A stretch of 64,000 bases of DNA from positions 1,040-65,039 of the forward strand of contig DATBBR010000074.1 of the NCBI GenBank assembly GCA_036270875.1, in the 5' to 3' direction. The notes beneath the pieces were generated by a model. It saw only the letters and a program-made list of their open reading frames with translations. It was not told the origin of the DNA and did not search any database. Of the stretch, positions 33,487 to 42,890 are shown piece by piece. Source of the DNA: Acidimicrobiales bacterium (GTDB lineage Bacteria > Actinomycetota > Acidimicrobiia > Acidimicrobiales > AC-9). Made by a program: the position numbers and the translations under genes. How positions within the stretch are numbered: position 1 is the stretch's first letter; the number at the start of each line of letters is the position of its first letter.

Positions 33487-34793
33487 GCGGTCAGGTACTT
33501 GTCGATCACTCGGTGCATATGGAGGACGTTGCTCTCCTGGCGGGGGTTGAGCCGGAGGCCCTGGCAGGCCCGGGACTTCATGCCTGCCTGGATGTGGGCC
33601 ATGTTGGCGAAGTCCTGATTGGTGATCAGGCCCCAGTCCTTCGCGGTCCAGTCCGGGTAGAACTTTCGCTCGGGCATCTGCCATGGCTCGTCCGGACGGG
33701 GCCACTGCAGGGTCCAGAGGTCTTTGATAGCGGAGTCCGGATCGAGCCCGTTGGGACGGATGCGGAACAGGATCGCCGTCCCCGGGTAGGTCGGCCCCAC
33801 CATGTTGGGAAACCAGTACACGTCGTCGGCGCTCGTCATCTGGTCCGCCTCGAGGCCCGAGACGTCGAGGCCGCGCGATCGCAGAAGCTCCATCCGCCGT
33901 TGCTGGTAGGCCTCGAGCAGCGACGTACCCGGGGGGAGCGGAGCTGCCCGCAGCTCGTCGACGATCTCCCGCTCCTCCCGGTAGAACAGCCCGCCCAGGC
34001 CGGAGACGAGCGACGAGAGGATCTCGCCCTCGTCGATCTGGTCGTCCCGGAGGCCCAGACGGGGGCTGGGGCGAAGCTCACGACGGGCGTGCGCCAGCCG
34101 GCCGTAGTGGGCGTGCGTGTCGAACTGGACGTACTCCATGTTCACGTCGTCGGTCCACGCCAGGAGCTGGGGGTGCGTGCCCTGCACGTGATAACCCTCG
34201 TTGAAGGCGTCGACGACAACCTTCCAGTTGGCGGGCAGGATCGTCGTGCGATAGGTGGCGAAGCGCATCTGGTCGAGGTGGAAGGGCCCGAGCAGCTTCG
34301 GGATCGGGTCGAGGAAGTCCATGAGGGGTTCGGCCTCTCGGTCCATGTTGACGAACACGAAGCCGCCCCAGCGCTCGGCGCGCACCTCGTGCAGGCGGAG
34401 GTCCGAGGGGACGTCGGTGAACTCGTGGCGGTCGACGATCTCGGTCAGCCTCCCGTCGAGTGCGTAGCGCCAGGCGTGGTAGCGGCAGCGAATCTGGCCG
34501 TCGGCGAAATTGCCCCTGCCCTCGGCCAGCCTTGTGCCCCGGTGCAGGCAGGTGTTGAAGTACGCCTTGATCGTGTCCGGCTCCGAGCGGACGACCAGGA
34601 TGGACTGATCACCGATCGTGTACTCGAGGAAGTCGCCCGCTCCGGGCAGCTCCTCCTCCCGGCAGGCCACCTGCCACACCCGGGGCCACAGTCGGTCCAT
34701 CTCGAGGTCGAGGAACTCTCTCGAGACGTACCGCTCCTTGGGGACGAGCCCGTCGGCTCGCACCAGCATCGCCGTGGTCCCGCCGGTCGACAT
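33483..34793 (-). CDS. Rieske non-heme iron oxygenase alpha subunit
   Basis: CLHRG...CRYHAW Rieske cluster, ANWKVVVDAFNEGYHVQGTH mononuclear Fe site, NQD. Confidence 0.92.
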   Translation of the reverse strand: MSTGGTTAMLVRADGLVPKERYVSREFLDLEMDRLWPRVWQVACREEELPGAGDFLEYTIGDQSILVVRSEPDTIKAYFNTCLHRGTRLAEGRGNFADGQIRCRYHAWRYALDGRLTEIVDRHEFTDVPSDLRLHEVRAERWGGFVFVNMDREAEPLMDFLDPIPKLLGPFHLDQMRFATYRTTILPANWKVVVDAFNEGYHVQGTHPQLLAWTDDVNMEYVQFDTHAHYGRLAHARRELRPSPRLGLRDDQIDEGEILSSLVSGLGGLFYREEREIVDELRAAPLPPGTSLLEAYQQRRMELLRSRGLDVSGLEADQMTSADDVYWFPNMVGPTYPGTAILFRIRPNGLDPDSAIKDLWTLQWPRPDEPWQMPERKFYPDWTAKDWGLITNQDFANMAHIQAGMKSRACQGLRLNPRQESNVLHMHRVIDKYLTA

Positions 34794-34921
34794 GGCCTCG
34801 CTCGCTCCTTCCTGCCACAATGCGGCCTCTAGCTTCGCACCCGGCCGTTCCGGCTGCTCGTCGGCACCCACGCCACACCGAGCGGCAGGGCCGGTCCCGC
34901 CGGCCAGGAAGGTCGACGCCG

Positions 34922-36577
34922 ATGGAGTTCAACCTGGCCGATCTGTTCGAGCGCGTGGCCGACACGGTCGGCCACCGCGAGGCGCTCGTGTCCGGAGATC
35001 GACGGCTGACCTACGCCGTCCTCGACGAGCGCAGCACCAGGCTGGCGAGCGGGCTGGCGGGCCTCGGGGTACGGGCGGGTGACCACGTGGGGCTATATCT
35101 CTACAACGGCGCCGAGTTCGTGGAGACGATGCTGGCCTGCTTCAAGCTGCGGGCCGTTCCGGTGAACGTCAACTATCGCTACGTCGGTGAGGAGCTCGCC
35201 CACCTGTTCTCTGATGCCGATCTCGTCGCCCTCGTCCACGACGCCGAGCTGGCGCCGCGGGTCGCGTCGCTCTCCGGTCGGCCGGGTTCGCTCCGATCGC
35301 TCATCGAGGTGGACGACGGTAGCGGCGCCGACGCCGAGGCCTTCGGCGCTCTGCGCTACGAGCAGGTGCTGGCCTCAGGGTCGGCGAGCCGGAGCTTCGG
35401 CCCGCGCTCAGCGGACGACCACTACGTGCTCTACACGGGAGGGACCACCGGGCTGCCCAAGGGCGTGGTGTGGCGTCAGGAGGACATCCTCTTCGCCACC
35501 CTGGGTGGTGGGAACCCGGGCGGCCCGCCCCTCGAGCGCCCTGAGGAGATCGGCCAGGCGGCGCTGCTCAACCGGTCACATCGGATCGCGCCGTTCCTCC
35601 CCCCCGGGGATCCCGGTCCGGACGAGTTCGTGGCCCTGTCCCTCGGTCCGCTCATTCACGCCAGTGGCCAGTGGACGGCCCTCAGCACGCTGCTGGGCGG
35701 CGGAAAGCTGGTGCTCTACACGCGTCGGAGCGTGGACATGCGCCGCGTGCTCGGACTGGTCGAGACCGAGCGCGTGACCATGCTGACGATTGTCGGGGAC
35801 ACGAGCGGGCGCCCGCTGGTCGAGGCCCTGGAGGACCGTCCCGGTGCGTTCGACACGTCCTCGCTCCGTCTGCTCGGCTCGGGCGGCAGCATCCTCACGG
35901 CCGCCATCAAGGACCGGCTCCTTGTCGCGCTGCCGAGCGTCCTCGCCATCAGCGAGGCCGTGGGCTCCTCGGAGGCACCGGTGCAAGCCACGGCCATCGC
36001 CGTCAAGGGCAAGCCGGCGTCGTCGCTCAGCTTCGCGTCGCGCGACGTCACCATGGTGCTCGGCGACGACCTGCGACCCGTGTCCCCGGGGTCCGGGGAG
36101 ATCGGACGGCTGGCGACGCGGGGCCGGGGGCCGATCGGCTACCACAAGGACCCGGCCAGGACGGCCCGGACCTTCGTCGAGATCGACGGCGTCCGTTGGT
36201 CGCTCCCCGGCGACATGGCCACCGTGGAGGCCGACGGCACGATCCGCCTGCTCGGGCGGGGGTCGATGTGCATCAACACCGGCGGCGAGAAGGTCTACCC
36301 CGAGGAGGTGGAGGCCGTCATCAAGGCGCATCCCCGAGTGGCCGACGCCGTTGTCGTCGGGGCCGACGACCCCGAGTGGGGCCAGCGCGTCGTGTGCGTC
36401 GTCCAGGCGAGCCCCGAGGGCGCCCCTGCCCTCGAGGATCTGCGAACGCACTGCCGGGCCCACCTGGCGGGGTACAAGGCTCCTCGCGCTCTCTACCTGG
36501 TGGACGAGGTCCGCCGCTCGCCGGCCGGCAAGCCGGACTACGTCTGGGCAAGCGCCGTGGTGGCTGGGGCGCCGTGA
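34922..36577 (+). CDS. Acyl-CoA synthetase (FadD19-like)
   Basis: MEFNLADLFE, YTGGTTGLPKGV, GSSE, GDMA, GRGSMCINTGGEKVYPEEVE, SPAGKPDY. Confidence 0.9.
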   Translation: MEFNLADLFERVADTVGHREALVSGDRRLTYAVLDERSTRLASGLAGLGVRAGDHVGLYLYNGAEFVETMLACFKLRAVPVNVNYRYVGEELAHLFSDADLVALVHDAELAPRVASLSGRPGSLRSLIEVDDGSGADAEAFGALRYEQVLASGSASRSFGPRSADDHYVLYTGGTTGLPKGVVWRQEDILFATLGGGNPGGPPLERPEEIGQAALLNRSHRIAPFLPPGDPGPDEFVALSLGPLIHASGQWTALSTLLGGGKLVLYTRRSVDMRRVLGLVETERVTMLTIVGDTSGRPLVEALEDRPGAFDTSSLRLLGSGGSILTAAIKDRLLVALPSVLAISEAVGSSEAPVQATAIAVKGKPASSLSFASRDVTMVLGDDLRPVSPGSGEIGRLATRGRGPIGYHKDPARTARTFVEIDGVRWSLPGDMATVEADGTIRLLGRGSMCINTGGEKVYPEEVEAVIKAHPRVADAVVVGADDPEWGQRVVCVVQASPEGAPALEDLRTHCRAHLAGYKAPRALYLVDEVRRSPAGKPDYVWASAVVAGAP

Positions 36578-36635
36578 CCAGCTGAGGTCGTGGCGTCGGC
36601 CGCCCGGATGCCATACTGATCGCCGGGAGGGAGAT

Positions 36636-38564
36636 GTGACCGACGACCTGGCCGCGGGGCGGAAGGCGTACACCGACCACCGATGGGCCGATGCGTACGC
36701 GCAGCTGTCGGTCGCCAATCGGTCCTCGCCACTGGAGCCGCAGGACCTCGAACGGCTCGCCGATTCGGCGCGGTGGTCCCGTCACTTCGACGCGCTGCTC
36801 GATCTGTTGGAACGGGCCGAGTCGGCGTACGCCGCTGCCGGCGACAACCGGGGCGCGGCGCGCCTGGCGCTCGCCCTCTGTCGCGAGCACTTCCAGCGGG
36901 GCGGGAGCGCCGTGGCCAGCGGCTGGCTCGGCCGCGCCTCGACCCTGCTCGGGGACGACATCGACTGCGCCGAGTACGGCCTTCTGCAGTGGATGATGGG
37001 TCGGGCGATGTCCGACAGCGGCAACCTCGAGGCGTACCGTGACCTCGCGCTGCGGGTGGCGGAGCACGGGCGCCGCCTGGGTGTTCCCGACCTCGAGGGC
37101 CTCGGGCTTCTCGACCAGGGCCACGCCCTCATCGTCGAGGGCCGGCTGGAGGAGGGGATGGCACTCATCGACGAGGCCAACGCCATGGCGGCCAGCGGGT
37201 CACTGACGCTGATGGCGGCCGGCACCATCTACTGCTCGACCATCTTCGCCTGTCGCAACCTGGGTGATTGGCGACGTGCGGGCGAGTGGACTGACACCGC
37301 GTCGCGCTGGTGCGACCGCGAGTCCGTGAGCGGCTTTCCGGGGCTGTGCCGTTTTCACCGGGCGGAGGTGCGGCGGCTGCGGGGCGCGCTGGACGAGGCG
37401 GAACGAGACGCCGTCGAGGCTGCCGACGAGCTCATGGCGTCCGGACCGCGCTTCGCGGCCTGGGCATTCCACGAGGTGGGCGAGATCCGACGCCGGCGCG
37501 GCGATGCGGCGGGGGCGACGGAGGCCTTCCGCCGAGCGTCGGAGCTGGGCTTCGATCCCCAGCCCGGGCTCGCTCTTCTCCGCCTGGATCAGGGCCAGCC
37601 GGCGATGGCGCTTCAGGCTGTCTCCAATGCGCTCGCCGATGAGTCGGGCTTCGTCCGGGAGCAGCATGCCTTCCTCCTGCCGGCGCAGGTGACCATCGCC
37701 GTGGCCGCTGGCGCTCTGGACACCGCCCGCGCCGCGGCGTCGGCGCTGACGATCCTTGCCGAGGCCTCGGCCACTGCTGCTCTGGCCGCCAGCGCCGCCG
37801 GCGCCCGCGGGCAGGTGGCTCTGGGTGAGGGCCGCGTCGACGACGCGATCCAGGAGCTCCGGCGGAGTCTCCAGCGGTGGTCCGAGCTCGACGCTCCCTA
37901 CGAGGCGGCCCAGGGGAAGGTGGAGCTGGCTCGGGCCTATGAGGCCGCCGGCCGCCATGAGGACGGGATCATGGAGCTGGAGTCGGCGCGGGTCGGCTTC
38001 GAGCGGATCGGCGCCGCCAAGGCCGCCGGCGACGTGGCGGCCCGCCTTGCGTCGGACGCTCCAGGAGCACATCCCACCCGCACGCTCATGTTTACCGACA
38101 TCGTCGGATCGACGAGGTTGGTGGAGGCGCTTGGAGACGAGGCCTGGGACGCCCTCTTGACCTGGCACGACCGCACTCTGCGATCGGTCTTCGAGCAGTC
38201 CGGCGGCGTCGAGATCAAGCACGAGGGAGACGGCTTCTTCGTCGCCTTCGACGACGCCGCCGGTGGTCTGCGGGCGGCATGCGACATCCAGCGGCGGCTC
38301 GCCCAGCACCGGAGAGAGCACGGCTTCGCCGTACAGGTGCGCATCGGCCTCCACACGACGGAAGCAACCGTGCGCGGCGGCGACTACGGCGGAAAAGGCG
38401 TGCACGAGACGGCGCGCATCGCCGCCACCGGGGGCCCTGGTGAGATCGTCGCCAGCCGGGAGGCGTTGGCAGCCGCTGGTGACCGCTTCGCCGTCGACGA
38501 CGAGCGGTCCGTCACGTTGCGGGGACTGTCCGCCCCAGTGACGGTGGCCACTGTCCGCTGGTAG
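36636..38564 (+). CDS. MalT/LuxR-type TPR-like helical region fused to a class III nucleotide cyclase
   Basis: Helical repeats (GTIYCSTIFAC, CRFHRAEV, PQPGLALLRL, APYEAA); C-terminal MFTDIVGST, IKHEGDGF, RIGLH, GVHETARI; GGAGG SD before GTG. Confidence 0.85.
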   Translation: MTDDLAAGRKAYTDHRWADAYAQLSVANRSSPLEPQDLERLADSARWSRHFDALLDLLERAESAYAAAGDNRGAARLALALCREHFQRGGSAVASGWLGRASTLLGDDIDCAEYGLLQWMMGRAMSDSGNLEAYRDLALRVAEHGRRLGVPDLEGLGLLDQGHALIVEGRLEEGMALIDEANAMAASGSLTLMAAGTIYCSTIFACRNLGDWRRAGEWTDTASRWCDRESVSGFPGLCRFHRAEVRRLRGALDEAERDAVEAADELMASGPRFAAWAFHEVGEIRRRRGDAAGATEAFRRASELGFDPQPGLALLRLDQGQPAMALQAVSNALADESGFVREQHAFLLPAQVTIAVAAGALDTARAAASALTILAEASATAALAASAAGARGQVALGEGRVDDAIQELRRSLQRWSELDAPYEAAQGKVELARAYEAAGRHEDGIMELESARVGFERIGAAKAAGDVAARLASDAPGAHPTRTLMFTDIVGSTRLVEALGDEAWDALLTWHDRTLRSVFEQSGGVEIKHEGDGFFVAFDDAAGGLRAACDIQRRLAQHRREHGFAVQVRIGLHTTEATVRGGDYGGKGVHETARIAATGGPGEIVASREALAAAGDRFAVDDERSVTLRGLSAPVTVATVRW

Positions 38565-38566
38565 CC

Positions 38567-38580
38567 CCGGCGAAAGCCGG
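38567..38580 (+). terminator. Short GNRA hairpin just after the cyclase stop
   Basis: ccggc-gaaa-gccgg. Confidence 0.3.
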
Positions 38581-38608
38581 ACACCTCCCGCGGTGGGATG
38601 CTGGGTCG

Positions 38609-39379
38609 GTGCACGACTCTGACCAGATCACGGCGGTCAAGGGATGGATCGACCAGGCTCGGCGGGTAGTCGTCCTTGCTGGCGCCGGGATCTCGACCGA
38701 CTCGGGCATTCCCGACTTCCGCGGCCCCCAGGGCGTTTGGACCAAGAACCCCGGCGCCGAGCGCCGCGCGTCCATCCACAACTACCTCCAGGACCCGGAG
38801 GTGCGGCGCCGGTCGTGGCAGGACCGGCTGTCGTCTCCCGCCTGGGAGGCCGAGCCCAACGCCGGCCATCGGGCACTGGTGGCCCTCGAGCGGCGGGGAA
38901 AGCTGGACACGCTCGTCACCCAGAACATCGACGGGCTCCACCAGCGGGCCGGCAACGATCCCGATCGAGTGGTCGAGATCCACGGGACGATCCATTGGGC
39001 CGTCTGCATGTCGTGCGGCGACCGGAGACCGATGGCCGAGGTGCTCGAGCGGGTGAAGGCGGGCGAGCCCGACCCTGCCTGCCTGGTCGCCGATGGTTCG
39101 GGCACCTGCGGCGGCATCCTCAAGTCGGCGACGATCAGCTTCGGCCAGAGCCTGGTGCCCGAGGACCTCGCCCGGGCCGAGCGGGCCGCGTCATCGTGCG
39201 ACCTGCTGCTCGCCGTGGGCTCGACCCTCACCGTGTTCCCGGCCGCCGGCCTGGCACCACTCGCCCGTCAGGCCGGCGCCCGACTGGTCATCGTCAACGC
39301 CGAGCCCACGCCGTACGACGACGTGGCCGACGCGGTGCTGACCGAGCCCCTCAGCGAGGTGCTGCCCGCCATCGTCTGA
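38609..39379 (+). CDS. cobB: Sirtuin NAD-dependent protein deacylase
   Basis: GAGISTDSGIPDFRG, TQNIDGLHQRAG, EIHG, CMSC...C...C zinc site, GSTL, IVNAEPT. Confidence 0.92.
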   Translation: MHDSDQITAVKGWIDQARRVVVLAGAGISTDSGIPDFRGPQGVWTKNPGAERRASIHNYLQDPEVRRRSWQDRLSSPAWEAEPNAGHRALVALERRGKLDTLVTQNIDGLHQRAGNDPDRVVEIHGTIHWAVCMSCGDRRPMAEVLERVKAGEPDPACLVADGSGTCGGILKSATISFGQSLVPEDLARAERAASSCDLLLAVGSTLTVFPAAGLAPLARQAGARLVIVNAEPTPYDDVADAVLTEPLSEVLPAIV

Positions 39380-39382
39380 GCG

Positions 39383-39979
39383 TCACCACCGACCCCGGTG
39401 CACCACCTCGGGCGTCGGCCGTCGCCCGCGCGCCAGCGAGGGAGACGGGAGGTCCGGCGCCGGGTACCCCATGGCGACCGCTCCGATGGGCCGATAGGCC
39501 TCCGGCACCCCCAGGGTGGCCAGCAGCTCGTCCTCCCCCCGAAAGATGCCGAGGAACGCCGCGCCGAGCCCGTGGTCGGATGCGCTGAGGAGCAGGAGCA
39601 TGGTGGCGAAGGCCGTGTCGATCAACCAGTAGGGCACGGGCCACGCCTCGGGGCGGTCGAGCCCGGCGCCCCGCTTGTCGGGCTCGGCGTAACGGTCGAG
39701 GTAGGCCTGTGGATGGGCGAGCGGGAGGACGACGACGGGCGCCCGCATCAGCCCCGCCCGGCGGGTGCTGGCCCGCCAGTCGGGGGTGGTCGTCGTCTGC
39801 CAGAAGATCCCGGTCTGATCCGGGCCCTCCAGCACCACGAAGGCCCAGCCCTGGCTGAAGCCGGCCGAGGGCGCCCGCACGGCATGGGCGAGGACGGCGT
39901 CGACGACCTCGGGCGGCAGGGGGCGATCCTCGAAGCTTCGGACCATGCGCCGGTGTCGGATGAGCTCGTCCAGCTCCAC
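39383..39979 (-). CDS. Nitroreductase family protein
   Basis: IRHRRMVRSF, RAPSAGFSQGWAFVV, DTAFA, GLGAAF, PIGAVAMGYP. Confidence 0.88.
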   Translation of the reverse strand: MELDELIRHRRMVRSFEDRPLPPEVVDAVLAHAVRAPSAGFSQGWAFVVLEGPDQTGIFWQTTTTPDWRASTRRAGLMRAPVVVLPLAHPQAYLDRYAEPDKRGAGLDRPEAWPVPYWLIDTAFATMLLLLSASDHGLGAAFLGIFRGEDELLATLGVPEAYRPIGAVAMGYPAPDLPSPSLARGRRPTPEVVHRGRW

Positions 39980-40065
39980 GCCGGCGACGCTACCGGGCGG
40001 GAATGTCGACTCCGCGGGTAGGGTTTGCAAGTACGAAATCAACCGCTCCCAGGAGCGTGATCGAC

Positions 40066-41259
40066 GTGCCCACTTTCAGAGAGCTTCTTTCCCAGGCCAA
40101 GGCGGCGATCCACGAGGTGGATGGCGCCGAGGCGGACCGCCGGCGCAGTGACGCGCTGTTCCTCGACGTTCGGGAGCCCGAGGAGTACGAGCAGGGGACC
40201 ATTCCCGACGCGCTGCACATCCCCCGAGGCAACCTGGAGACCCAGGTCGAGGGCAGGGTCAGCGACCACGACCGCCCGATCGTCGTCTACTGCGCCAGCG
40301 GCGTCCGGTCGGCCTTCGCGGCCAAGACGCTGGGCGAGCTGGGCTATACCGACGTCGCCTCCCTGACCGGCGGTTTCAACCGGTGGAAGGACGAGGGCCG
40401 GGATTGGCGAGCGCCCCGGACGCTGTCGCCCGAGCAGCGCAACCGCTATCAGCGTCACCTCCTGCTCCCCGAGGTCGGCGAGGCGGGGCAGCAGCGCTTG
40501 CTGGACGCCAAGGTCCTCCTCCTCGGCGCTGGCGGCCTCGGCTCCCCGGCCGCCCTCTACCTGGCCGCGGCGGGTGTCGGGACCATCGGGATCATCGACA
40601 TGGACGAGGTCGACTCGTCCAACCTCCAGCGCCAGATCCTGCACAACGTGGACCGGATCGGCGAGCGCAAGGTGGACTCGGCCAAGAAGACCCTCACCGC
40701 CATGAACCCCGACGTCGACGTCGTGACCTACGACGTGCGCCTCGGGGCCGACAACGTCCTCGACATCATCGACGGCTATGACGTCATCGTCGACGGGACC
40801 GACAACTTCCCCACCCGCTATCTGGTGAACGACGCCTCGCTGATCAAGCGGATCCCGGTCGTGCACGGCTCGATCTTCCGCTTCGAAGGGCAGGTCACCG
40901 TCTTCGACCCCTACAACGGGCCCTGCTACCGGTGCATGATCCCCGAACCGCCGCCGGCCGAGCTGGCCCCGTCCTGCGCCGAGGCGGGGGTGCTCGGCGT
41001 GCTCCCGGGGATCATCGGCTCCATCCAGGCCCTCGAGGCCATCAAGCTGATCCTGGGCGTGGGCGAGCCCCTTGTCGGCAGGCTCCTCGCCTACGACTCG
41101 CTGGAGGAGAGCTTCCGCACCTTCAACGTGCACCGGGACCCGGCCTGCCCGGCCTGTGGGCCCGATGCCGGCGAGATCGTCATCGCCGAGTACGACGAGC
41201 TGTGCATGCCCCACCCCACGCAGGCGCCGGCGGTGGGGACCGAACCAGCGCGGGTCTAA
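40066..41259 (+). CDS. moeB: MoeB/ThiF adenylyltransferase with N-terminal rhodanese domain
   Basis: LDVREPEEY...YCASGVRS rhodanese; [48 protein letters not shown]. Confidence 0.9.
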   Translation: MPTFRELLSQAKAAIHEVDGAEADRRRSDALFLDVREPEEYEQGTIPDALHIPRGNLETQVEGRVSDHDRPIVVYCASGVRSAFAAKTLGELGYTDVASLTGGFNRWKDEGRDWRAPRTLSPEQRNRYQRHLLLPEVGEAGQQRLLDAKVLLLGAGGLGSPAALYLAAAGVGTIGIIDMDEVDSSNLQRQILHNVDRIGERKVDSAKKTLTAMNPDVDVVTYDVRLGADNVLDIIDGYDVIVDGTDNFPTRYLVNDASLIKRIPVVHGSIFRFEGQVTVFDPYNGPCYRCMIPEPPPAELAPSCAEAGVLGVLPGIIGSIQALEAIKLILGVGEPLVGRLLAYDSLEESFRTFNVHRDPACPACGPDAGEIVIAEYDELCMPHPTQAPAVGTEPARV

Positions 41260-41269
41260 CCTCTGGGCC

Positions 41270-42856
41270 ATGGCCCAGCCGTCAGAGCACCGGACCGACT
41301 CGGGCATAGAGATCCGGCCCGTCTACACCGGGGAGGACCTCGACGGGTGGGACGCGGAACGCCAGCTGGGGCAGCCGGGCCAGTACCCCTACACCCGTGG
41401 CGTGTACGCGGACATGTACCGGGGTCGGCTGTGGACCATGCGCCAGTACGCGGGCTTCGGGACGGCGCAGTCCACCAACGAGCGGTTCAGGTTCCTGCTC
41501 GGTGCCGGCCAGACGGGGTTGTCGTGCGCCTTCGACCTGCCCACCCAGATGGGCTACGACTCCGACCATCCTCGGGCCGAGGGCGAGGTGGGCAAGGTCG
41601 GCGTCGCCATCGACTCGATCGAGGACATGCGCGCGCTGCTGGCCGACCTCCCGCTCGACCGGGTCACCACGTCGATGACCATCAACGCCACGGCGGCCAT
41701 CCTCCTGCTGCTGTACCAGCTGGTGGCCGAGGAGGCTGGCGTCGCCCCCGAACGCCTGGGCGGCACCGTCCAGAACGACATCCTCAAGGAGTACGTGGCC
41801 CGGGGGACCTACATCTACCCGCCCCGTCCGTCCATGCGGATCATCACCGACACCTTCGCCTACTGCGCCGAGCACCTTCCCGCGTGGAACACGATCTCGA
41901 TCTCCGGCTACCACATCCGTGAGGCCGGCTCGACGGCGGTCCAGGAGGTTGCCTTCACCCTGGCCAACGGCGTCGCCTACGTGGAGGCGGCGCTGGCCGC
42001 GGGCCTCGACGTGGACGATTTTGCGCCCCGCCTGAGCTTCTTCTGGAACGCGCACAACAACCTGTTCGAGGAGGTGGCCAAGTTCCGGGCCGCCCGCCGG
42101 ATGTGGGCGCGGCTGATGACCGAGCGCTTCCACGCCAAGGACAAGCGGTCGGCCCTCCTGCGTTGTCACACCCAGACGGGGGGCTCGACCCTGACCGCCC
42201 AGCAGCCCGAGAACAACATCGTGCGCACCACCGTGCAGGCCCTGGCGGCTGCCCTCGGGGGCACCCAGAGCCTGCACACGAACAGCTTCGACGAGGCCCT
42301 CGGGCTTCCGACCGAGCACGCCGTCCGGATCGCCCTGCGAACCCAGCAGATCATCGGAAACGAGTCGGGCTTGGCCGACACCGTTGACCCGCTGGGCGGG
42401 TCCTATTTCGTGGAGTCGCTGACCGACTCGGTCGAGGCGGGGGCGTGGGACTACCTCGAGCGGATCGACGCCATGGGCGGGGCGGTGGAAGCCATCGAGG
42501 CCGGCTTCATGCAGGACGAGATCGAGCAGGCGGCCTACGCCTACGCCAAGGCCGTCGACGACGGCGAGAAAGTCATCGTAGGAGTCAACCGCCACGTCGA
42601 GGAGTCGCCCGACCTGGTCGAGGTCTTCCCGATCGACCCCGCACTCCAGCGCCAGCAGGCCGAGCGCGTGCGTCGGGTGCGAGAGGAGCGGGACCAGCCC
42701 AGGGCGGCGGCGGCGCTGGCCGACGTGGCCGCCGCGGCACGGGGCACCCAGAACCTGCTCGTGCCCATGAAGGAGGCCCTGCGCGCCCGGGCCACCCTGG
42801 GCGAGGTGAGCGACGTGCTCCGCGAGGCGTTCGGCGTCTACCAGCCCACCCGGTAG
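41270..42856 (+). CDS. Methylmalonyl-CoA mutase, substrate-binding (N-terminal) subunit
   Basis: [14 protein letters not shown] (Tyr, MCM-type), [45 protein letters not shown]; no B12-binding DxHxxG domain. Confidence 0.92.
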   Translation: MAQPSEHRTDSGIEIRPVYTGEDLDGWDAERQLGQPGQYPYTRGVYADMYRGRLWTMRQYAGFGTAQSTNERFRFLLGAGQTGLSCAFDLPTQMGYDSDHPRAEGEVGKVGVAIDSIEDMRALLADLPLDRVTTSMTINATAAILLLLYQLVAEEAGVAPERLGGTVQNDILKEYVARGTYIYPPRPSMRIITDTFAYCAEHLPAWNTISISGYHIREAGSTAVQEVAFTLANGVAYVEAALAAGLDVDDFAPRLSFFWNAHNNLFEEVAKFRAARRMWARLMTERFHAKDKRSALLRCHTQTGGSTLTAQQPENNIVRTTVQALAAALGGTQSLHTNSFDEALGLPTEHAVRIALRTQQIIGNESGLADTVDPLGGSYFVESLTDSVEAGAWDYLERIDAMGGAVEAIEAGFMQDEIEQAAYAYAKAVDDGEKVIVGVNRHVEESPDLVEVFPIDPALQRQQAERVRRVREERDQPRAAAALADVAAAARGTQNLLVPMKEALRARATLGEVSDVLREAFGVYQPTR

Positions 42857-42890
42857 AAGGCGTCGCGACCGGTACGGTGGAGGAGTGCCG

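Noticed and set aside
35790-38564. 924-aa ORF as one protein
   Set aside because: The first 282 codons are an out-of-frame shadow of the acyl-CoA synthetase; a GTG with an SD at 36636 marks the real start
38609-39379. Sir2 as an anti-phage NADase (Thoeris or DSR type)
   Set aside because: It is a compact classical zinc-binding CobB with no extra domains or defence neighbours
23380-39379. Integrated plasmid, prophage or ICE
   Set aside because: No integrase, relaxase, transposase, phage gene, tRNA target or att repeats; a ParA alone is insufficient
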